From a candidate division WOR-3 bacterium (GTDB lineage Bacteria > Hydrothermota > Tepidihabitantia > Tepidihabitantales > Tepidihabitantaceae), in assembly GCA_039801225.1 (NCBI GenBank), contig JBDRUH010000034.1:1-15996 (forward strand): a stretch of 15,996 nucleotides of DNA, read 5' to 3'. The translations under genes and the position numbers were made by a program. Of the stretch, positions 1-5,828 are shown in pieces (within the stretch, counting starts at the first letter, position 1; every line of letters begins with the position of its first letter). Below the pieces are notes generated by a model. That model searched no databases. It was not told where the DNA came from and worked only from the letters and a program-made list of their open reading frames with translations.

Positions 1-189
1 AGAGATGGTCTGCCCCTGACCGATGGGTAATGGATGGTCCTCGTAAGATTGATGGATAAACTCTTGAGGCACAAAAAGATGCCTCGGCACCTTCAGCATC
101 GCCTCCAGAACCCTCTTATCCTTTATCCCCCTGTTAACAATTTGCTCCTCCACCATCCTTTTTCGGGACTGGCTGAAATCATTAACCAT
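1..189 (-). CDS. pcm: Protein-L-isoaspartate(D-aspartate) O-methyltransferase, N-terminal part (runs off the left edge)
   Basis: Absent from the ORF track. Manual translation from ATG at 189 gives [63 protein letters not shown], which carries the PCMT signature VPRHxFV...YxDxPLPIGxGQTIS. Confidence 0.95.
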   Translation of the reverse strand, partial: MVNDFSQSRKRMVEEQIVNRGIKDKRVLEAMLKVPRHLFVPQEFIHQSYEDHPLPIGQGQTIS

Positions 190-196
190 TCAGAAA

Positions 197-224
197 ATAA
201 TACCTTGCTTCTCCTTGCGGTCAA
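197..224 (-). promoter_or_regulatory. Putative sigma70 promoter of pcm (probably leaderless)
   Basis: Minus strand TTGACC (224-219), N16, TATTAT (202-197), N7, ATG. Confidence 0.6.
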
Positions 225-260
225 TTCACAGCAGAAAACAGGTTCATCCGACTAATCGGA

Positions 261-330
261 TTGGTTTTAGTTTTAGGTCCTTGGTTTCGGGTTTTATAAA
301 CCATAAACTGTGAACTATTGACTACAAACA
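261..330. repeat. Inverted degenerate heptamer array
   Basis: Left arm ttggttt/tagttt/taggtcc/ttggttt/cgggttt; right arm ataaacc/ataaact/gtgaact/attgact/acaaaca. Confidence 0.7.
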
Positions 331-371
331 TTTTGGCAATGATTCGGATTTAGCAAAAAATCTCACCCTCG

Positions 372-647
372 GTTTTGAAGTCTATCGTTACTTTTTACCT
401 TGTTTTTCTTGTTAAAACCTGATGAATTTTCCTTTCTGCCTTTCCTTTTAAATCGGTTCTTTAACCAATTTTTAGCCCTCTTTTTAGTTCTAAACTTAGC
501 GCTGAATGAAAAGCCTCTTCGGAAAACCTATTCAGGCAGCCTTCTAAAGCCATTCCTTTAGTTGTTTTACCTTTTGGTCTTAAACCAGATTTTAACACGA
601 AACTTAACAAGAAATCCAAAACCGAATGAGGAAAGGGTTTTACCACC
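372..647. repeat. Degenerate 12-bp-period tandem array, about 23 units
   Basis: By hand count, 10 of the 14 TTA trinucleotides start at positions equal to 4 mod 12 (388, 412, 448, 472, 484, 496, 580, 592, 604, 640), and ATGA occurs at 422, 506 and 626 (all 2 mod 12). Example units: atttttagccct, ctttttagttct, aaacttagcgct, ggtcttaaacca, gattttaacacg, aaacttaacaag. Confidence 0.75.
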
Positions 648-691
648 CTAGTGCTGGAGTGGACAGCCCCCCAGATAAACCGGTCTTCAAA

Positions 692-717
692 TTAAGTTAT
701 TTAATTACGATACTTAA
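692..717. other. Spaced palindrome TTAAGT-N14-ACTTAA (possible protein or recombinase binding site)
   Basis: ttaagt at 692-697 and acttaa at 712-717, with an AT-rich core. Confidence 0.4.
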
Positions 718-797
718 CTCAATTTTACCCATCAGAATTTTGTGTATATATAACTCCACTTAGCCTTTAGCCTTCCTTGGGTGCCCCTCGTCATCCC

Positions 798-835
798 TCA
801 TTCCGAGTTTGCCGAGGAATTCCACTGAAGAATGA
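798..835. repeat. REP-like palindromic element (TCATTCCGAG...GAGGAAT...GAATGA), probably truncated
   Basis: tcattc (798-803) and gaatga (830-835) are inverted; there is an inner attcc...ggaat stem (800-804/816-820). Confidence 0.45.
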
Positions 836-905
836 TAAGGATAAGGTTAAGGTTGAGAGGTAGGCTGTGGTCCGTTGTCTTCACCTTAATCTAACCTCAA
901 CCTAT
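835..905. repeat. Inverted hexamer array (ataagg/ttaagg/ttgaga ... ccttaa/cctcaa)
   Basis: ataagg ataagg ttaagg ttgaga ggtagg, a spacer, then ccttaa tctaa cctcaa cctat. Confidence 0.6.
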
Positions 906-956
906 TTCCGCAGGCTCGGGGCAGGCTTTAGCGAAACAATCCACTTCCCTCACCCC

Positions 957-988
957 CGTCATTGCGAACCCCGAAGGGGCGTGGCAAT
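957..988 (+). repeat. REP-like hairpin CGTCATTGCG-N-GCAAT
   Basis: attgc (961-965) pairs with gcaat (984-988) around an inner cccc-gaa-gggg hairpin. It resembles the widespread GTCATTGCG...GCAATC extragenic palindromes. Confidence 0.55.
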
Positions 989-1011
989 TTCAGTTTTTTA
1001 CAGCATAAATT

Positions 1012-1099
1012 GTGAAGGCAAACCTTTAGCCAGCAATAAATATGTAGGCTGCGAATCATGCTTGCTTTTCCCGATGCAAACCTGAAGGTTTGCCCTACA
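1012..1099. repeat. GTAG-type REP doublet (REPIN-like), one copy degenerate
   Basis: Minus strand 1098-1076 reads GTAGG-GCAAACCT-TC-AGGTTTGC (GTAG plus a perfect 8-bp palindrome). An inverted degenerate partner gtgaaggcaaacctttag lies at 1012-1029. Confidence 0.65.
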
Positions 1100-1152
1100 T
1101 TTTGTGTAGCCTTGCATTTTGCCTCGCCTGGGGATTTGACTTATAGATTTAT

Positions 1153-1181
1153 TTGACAGATTGAGTCCCTCTAAGTAAAGT
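1153..1181 (+). promoter_or_regulatory. Putative sigma70 promoter of the iorA operon (probably leaderless)
   Basis: TTGACA (1153-1158), N17, TAAAGT (1176-1181), N7, TTG start at 1189. No Shine-Dalgarno sequence. Confidence 0.65.
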
Positions 1182-1188
1182 TGATGTC

Positions 1189-2946
1189 TTGAGTAATATT
1201 GTCCAACAACTGCTTTCCGGTAATGAGGCGGTGGCACGGGGTGCCTGGGAAGCGGGTTGTCAATTTGCCGCCGCTTATCCAGGAACTCCGTCTACCGAAA
1301 TCTTAGAGTCACTCGCCACCTATCCGGAGGTGTATTGCGAGTGGTCGGTAAATGAAAAGGTGGCGCTTGAAGTGGCACTCGGTGCGGCACTTGCCGGTGT
1401 GCGGAGTTTGGCGGCAATGAAGCATGTCGGTCTGAATGTTGCTGCCGACCCTTTGTTTTCCAGCGCCTATATCGGCGTGCGTGGTGGGCTGGTAGTTGTT
1501 ACCGCTGATGACCCCGGTCTTCACTCCTCACAGAATGAGCAGGATAACCGGTTTTATGGATTAGCCGCCAAAATTCCGGTTCTTTGTCCCAGTGACTCTC
1601 AGGAGGCAAAAGATTGGACTCGCCTCGGGTTTGAAATATCCGAGGAGTTTGATATCCCGGTACTCTTGCGACTTACAACCCGAGTGGCTCATTCCCGGTC
1701 GGTCGTCAAATTGCCGACGGCTGATGGACGAAGACCAGCTGCCGACTTAGGCGAGTTCCAAAAGGAGTTGCCTAAGATGAATCTTCTCCCGGTGTTTGCT
1801 CGGGTTCGTCATATTGATTTAGAAAGGCGACTGGACAAACTTCAACGCTATTCAGAAACCACCCCTATAAACCGAATGGAGATACTGGAGACTGAATTAG
1901 GAATTATCTGTGATGGTGTTGCCTACCAGTACGCCCGCGAGGTTTTTCCCTCAGCCTCCTTTCTCAAATTGGGGATGGTTTACCCCTTTCCGCGGGAACT
2001 TGTGCTCAAATTTGCCGAGAAAGTTAAAGAAATTGTTGTAATAGAAGAGGTTGACCCGTTTATTGAACTGCAAACCCGAGCGTTGGGTTTGAAAGTAAGA
2101 GGAAAGGATGTTTTGCCGCGAACCGGGGAATTAAACCCGGCAATAATTCGCCGAGTACTCGGGCAAGAAAATTCGGAAGGTGACAGGCGGCAGGCGGAAT
2201 CTCCAGTTGAGGATGTTCCTAACCGACCGCCAGCACTCTGCCCGGGCTGTCCCCATCTCGGACTCTTTTACTCTTTACAAAAACAGAAGGCAATTATCGG
2301 CGGCGATATCGGCTGCTATACCTTGGGCGCCCTGCCTCCTCATAATGCAATGGATACCTGCATTGATATGGGCGCCTCAATAACTTTTGCCCATGGTGTT
2401 GACAAGGCTCTTGGTGACGCTGACCCGAGACCCAGGGTGGCAATTATTGGCGACTCAACATTCTTCCATTCCGGAATCACCGGACTTATCAACGCCGTTT
2501 ATAATAACTCCAATGTGGTGGTCATCATCGCCGATAACCGAACCACCGGTATGACCGGTCACCAAGACCATCCGGGAACCGGCAAGACGCTAAAGGGGTT
2601 GGAGACGGTGAAGATTGACATCGCAGCGCTGTGCCGTGCCTGTGGAGTTAAAGAATGTATCCGAGTTGACCCTTACCGGCTAAAGGAAACGAAGAGGATT
2701 ATCCAAAAGACGCTCAAGGAGAAAAAAACAGCGGTAATAATCTCTGAGCGAACCTGTGCTCTGGTTGCTAAAGAGAAAAAACCACCGAAAAGGATAGACC
2801 CGGAGAAATGTATTGGCTGTCGCGCCTGTCTCTCTTTAGGCTGTCCGGCGCTCTCCTTCAGTAATGGCAAGGCTTTGATAATTGAAACAAGATGCAATGG
2901 CTGCGGGATGTGTGGAGAAATCTGCCCCAAGGAGGCGATAGGATGA
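1189..2946 (+). CDS. iorA: Indolepyruvate ferredoxin oxidoreductase alpha subunit
   Basis: LSGNEAVARGA, YPGTPSTEI, NEKVALE, MKHVGLNVAADP, SSQNEQD, CPGCPH, GDIGCY, GDSTFFHSG (TPP motif), DNRTTGMTGHQ and two C-terminal 4Fe-4S motifs. Confidence 0.96.
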   Translation: MSNIVQQLLSGNEAVARGAWEAGCQFAAAYPGTPSTEILESLATYPEVYCEWSVNEKVALEVALGAALAGVRSLAAMKHVGLNVAADPLFSSAYIGVRGGLVVVTADDPGLHSSQNEQDNRFYGLAAKIPVLCPSDSQEAKDWTRLGFEISEEFDIPVLLRLTTRVAHSRSVVKLPTADGRRPAADLGEFQKELPKMNLLPVFARVRHIDLERRLDKLQRYSETTPINRMEILETELGIICDGVAYQYAREVFPSASFLKLGMVYPFPRELVLKFAEKVKEIVVIEEVDPFIELQTRALGLKVRGKDVLPRTGELNPAIIRRVLGQENSEGDRRQAESPVEDVPNRPPALCPGCPHLGLFYSLQKQKAIIGGDIGCYTLGALPPHNAMDTCIDMGASITFAHGVDKALGDADPRPRVAIIGDSTFFHSGITGLINAVYNNSNVVVIIADNRTTGMTGHQDHPGTGKTLKGLETVKIDIAALCRACGVKECIRVDPYRLKETKRIIQKTLKEKKTAVIISERTCALVAKEKKPPKRIDPEKCIGCRACLSLGCPALSFSNGKALIIETRCNGCGMCGEICPKEAIG

Positions 2947-3548
2947 ATCTTTTGGTGTGCGGTGTTGGTGGGCAAGGGGTGCTTTTATTCTCCCGGGTTG
3001 TTGCCCATCTTGCCCTGACTATGGGTCTGGATGTAAAAATGAGCGAGGTTCATGGGATGGCACAGCGCGGGGGTAGTGTTACCAGTCACATCCGTTGGGG
3101 AAAAATTGTCTACTCGCCGCTAATTGAAGAAGGAACTGCCGATATTGTGGTAGCATTTGAACAGTTGGAGGCTTTACGCTATATCCATTTCCTTGCCAAG
3201 ACCGGAAAACTCTTTTATGACCCGTTGCAGATTGAGCCCCTGCCGGTGCAACTGGGTCTGGTTGAAGGACTCTCCGAATCGGCTGTCAACTCTCGGCTCT
3301 CGGCTCTCGGCTGTTACCCAGTGCCGGCTTTTAAATTAGCCTGCGAGTTAGGTGAACCAAGAATCCAGAATACGGTGATGTTAGGCGCTATCTCCCATTT
3401 CTTAGAATTCCCCATTTCCCTTTACCAAGAGGTGTTGCGCAGTTTGATTAAATCTCAGCATCTTGAAATTAATCTCCGGGCGCTTACCGCCGGTAGAAAC
3501 ATTATCAGACCGAAGACTAAGGACGGAAGCCCAACTTCCTTAGGATGA
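2943..3548 (+). CDS. iorB: Indolepyruvate ferredoxin oxidoreductase beta subunit
   Basis: GVGGQG, SEVHGMAQRGGSV, EQLEALRY and NTVMLGA. The start is moved from 2892 to ATG 2943 because of the ATGA overlap with the iorA stop and the SD aaggagg at 2929-2935. Confidence 0.94.
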   Translation: MNLLVCGVGGQGVLLFSRVVAHLALTMGLDVKMSEVHGMAQRGGSVTSHIRWGKIVYSPLIEEGTADIVVAFEQLEALRYIHFLAKTGKLFYDPLQIEPLPVQLGLVEGLSESAVNSRLSALGCYPVPAFKLACELGEPRIQNTVMLGAISHFLEFPISLYQEVLRSLIKSQHLEINLRALTAGRNIIRPKTKDGSPTSLG

Positions 3549-4324
3549 TTCAGGTTTGTGTGCTTTTTGCCGCCGGAATAAACTGCGATGAGGAGACGAT
3601 ATACGCCTTTGAGTTAGCCGGCGCCCGAGCAGAAAGAGTCCATATCAATCAACTCAAGAGTTCACCCCATCTCCTCAGGAATTATCATATTTTTGTTCTA
3701 CCTGGAGGATTTTCCTATGGCGACTATATCGCCTCGGGTAAGGTTTTAGCCAATGAGTTAAAACACCACTTAAGAGAGGAAATTGAAGCCTTTCTTCAGC
3801 AGGGGAAACTTATTCTCGGCATATGTAACGGATTTCAGGTCTTAGTAAAATGTGGACTTCTGCCCGCTTTTGAGAAACCGTTTGAGCAACAAAAGGTTAC
3901 TCTTGATACCAACGACTCTGGGAAATATGAGGACCGCTGGGTTTATCTTAAAATTGAGACCTCCCCCTGCATATTCACCAAAAACCTGCCAGAAATCATC
4001 TACCTGCCAGTAGCCCATGCTGAGGGAAAGTTTGTTGTTGACGGAGTCAGCACCTTAAAACGGTTGAATGCAAATAAACAGGTAGTTCTTCGTTATGTTA
4101 CCGCCGAGGGAGGTGTAGCCAAATACCCAGAAAATCCTAATGGCTCGGTGGCAGGTATCGCCGGAATATGCGACCCCTCAGGAAAAGTCTTCGGATTAAT
4201 GCCCCATCCTGAACGCTTTGTTATAAAGGAACACCACCCCCGCTGGCATCGGGAAAAATTGACAAAACCTGACGGCATCTGCATATTTGAAAATGCGGTG
4301 AACTATGCAAAAAAGAATCTCTAA
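3545..4324 (+). CDS. purQ: Phosphoribosylformylglycinamidine synthase I (glutaminase subunit)
   Basis: GINCD, PGGFSYGD, LGICNGFQ (catalytic Cys), AHAEG, NPNGS and GLMPHPER. ATGA overlap with iorB. Confidence 0.96.
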   Translation: MIQVCVLFAAGINCDEETIYAFELAGARAERVHINQLKSSPHLLRNYHIFVLPGGFSYGDYIASGKVLANELKHHLREEIEAFLQQGKLILGICNGFQVLVKCGLLPAFEKPFEQQKVTLDTNDSGKYEDRWVYLKIETSPCIFTKNLPEIIYLPVAHAEGKFVVDGVSTLKRLNANKQVVLRYVTAEGGVAKYPENPNGSVAGIAGICDPSGKVFGLMPHPERFVIKEHHPRWHREKLTKPDGICIFENAVNYAKKNL

Positions 4325-4631
4325 CGACAGCCGTATCGTCCAGCATCCAATTTTAGAATTTGACCGCGGACCAGAGGTAACATTTTATTTTGAGGGCAAG
4401 CCAATAAAAGGGTTTTGGGGCGAAACTATCGCTGCGGCACTGGTCGCCAACGGCATAAAGGTTTTCCGTTATTCAGAAAAGCACCACCGTCCCCGAGGGT
4501 TTTTCTGTGCGGTAGGAAAGTGCTCCTCCTGTCTGATGGTGGTTGACGGTAAACCCAATACTATGGTGTGTATGGAGCCGGTGCGCGAAGGCATAAGGGT
4601 GGAAAGACAAAAGGGACGAGGGAAGTTATAA
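4305..4631 (+). CDS. 2Fe-2S ferredoxin-like protein (sarcosine oxidase alpha N-terminal / proline dehydrogenase small subunit type)
   Basis: HPIL, GETIAAALVANG and RPRGFFCAVGKCSSCLMVVDG...C. Confidence 0.88.
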   Translation: MQKRISNDSRIVQHPILEFDRGPEVTFYFEGKPIKGFWGETIAAALVANGIKVFRYSEKHHRPRGFFCAVGKCSSCLMVVDGKPNTMVCMEPVREGIRVERQKGRGKL

Positions 4632-4643
4632 GATAAAAGATTT

Positions 4644-5729
4644 ATGAAGAGTGCGGAACTGGTGATTGTCGGTGGTGGACCTGCCGGGCTTTCTGCCGGC
4701 ATTGTCGCAGGAAAATTGGGAGTCAAAGTGCTCCTCATTGATGATGGACCCCGACTGGGCGGTCAACTGATTAAACAGACCCATAAGTTCTTTGGCTCCA
4801 AAAGCCACTACTGTGGTATTAGAGGGGTTGATATCGCGATAGTCCTTGAAAACGAACTGCGTCAGAGCGATGCCGAAGTTATGTTAAATACCACCTGCAT
4901 TGGACATTTTCAGCCGAATGTTTTAGGGGTCGTTAATGATGGAAGGTTTATCAAGTTGACCTATCAGGCGTTAATTGTTGCTACCGGTGCAACGGAAAAT
5001 AGCGTTCTGTTTGAGAATAACGACCTTCCCGGGGTTTACGGTGCCGGTGCGGTCCAGACACTTATGAATGTTTATGGCGTTAAGCCAGGCAGACGGGTAT
5101 TAATGGTCGGGAGCGGTAATATCGGTCTCATTGTCTCCTATCAACTTATTCAGGCTGGTGTTGAGGTCGTTGCGGTTGTTGAGGCGCTACCAAGGATTGG
5201 CGGCTATAATGTCCATGCGGCAAAACTCCGACGCCTCGGAGTGCCGATTTTTGTCTCCCATACAATCAAAAGAGCATTGGGAAAGGATTTCGTTACCGGT
5301 GCCATCATCTGCCGGCTGAACAAAAATTTCCAGCCGCTAAAAGGGACGGAAAAGAGGCTTAAAGTAGACACCATTTGTCTGGCGGTTGGACTATCACCAT
5401 TAACTGAACTACTTTCTCAGATAGGATGCCAAATGGTTTATATTCCAGAACTTGGCGGTCAGGTTGCCTGGCATAATGATAATATGGCAACAACCGTCCC
5501 AAATGTTTATGTGGCCGGTGATGTAAGTGGTATTGAAGAGGCATCCACCGCCATATTAGAGGGCAAGATTGCCGGAGCCAGTGCGGCGAAAAGCCTTCTT
5601 GGTAACACGGTTAAAGTTGAAGTTGAAAATATTGTTAGGGAGGCACAGCAGGAACTTGCCGCCATCCGTCAAGGACCTTTTGGTGAAAAAGTAGTCAGGG
5701 GAAAGAAACTAATGCAAACCACCCGATAA
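4644..5729 (+). CDS. NAD(P)/FAD-dependent oxidoreductase (sarcosine oxidase alpha / dye-linked proline dehydrogenase alpha-like)
   Basis: GGGPAG, GGQLIKQTHKFFGS, ATGA, NDLPGVYGAGAVQTLMN, GSGNIG and YVAGD..GIEEA. Confidence 0.88.
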   Translation: MKSAELVIVGGGPAGLSAGIVAGKLGVKVLLIDDGPRLGGQLIKQTHKFFGSKSHYCGIRGVDIAIVLENELRQSDAEVMLNTTCIGHFQPNVLGVVNDGRFIKLTYQALIVATGATENSVLFENNDLPGVYGAGAVQTLMNVYGVKPGRRVLMVGSGNIGLIVSYQLIQAGVEVVAVVEALPRIGGYNVHAAKLRRLGVPIFVSHTIKRALGKDFVTGAIICRLNKNFQPLKGTEKRLKVDTICLAVGLSPLTELLSQIGCQMVYIPELGGQVAWHNDNMATTVPNVYVAGDVSGIEEASTAILEGKIAGASAAKSLLGNTVKVEVENIVREAQQELAAIRQGPFGEKVVRGKKLMQTTR

Positions 5730-5731
5730 GG

Positions 5732-5828
5732 CGGAATGCAGAAGACAGAAGACAGAGGAGGTAAGAGTGCAAAAGCCAAAAGCCAAAAGCCAAAAGTCAA
5801 AAGTCAACGGAAGACGGGGGACGGAGGA
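5732..5828 (+). repeat. Heptamer tandem arrays translated as the YfhO N-terminus
   Basis: cagaaga x2 and cagagga (5739-5759); caaaagc x3 and caaaagt x2 (5770-5804); cggaaga, cggggga, cggagga (5808-5828). Confidence 0.85.

Noticed and set aside
34..255. 73-aa plus-strand ORF
   Set aside because: It is the antisense shadow of pcm.
461..646. 61-aa minus-strand ORF with Leu about every fourth residue
   Set aside because: No RBS or recognisable domain. It covers only part of the 12-bp array, whose periodicity explains the pattern, so it is kept only as an alternative explanation.
372..647. CRISPR or TIGR array interpretation
   Set aside because: No conserved repeat of 20 nt or more, no 36-nt unit with box C/D-like motifs, and no cas or tas gene in the window.
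867..1237. ORFs 867-1085 (+) and 998-1237 (-)
   Set aside because: They are translations of REP-like palindromes and promoter sequence (for example RHCEPRRGVAIS).
2892..2942. Longer iorB start given in the ORF track
   Set aside because: It overlaps the iorA ferredoxin domain. ATG 2943 has an SD and an ATGA coupling.
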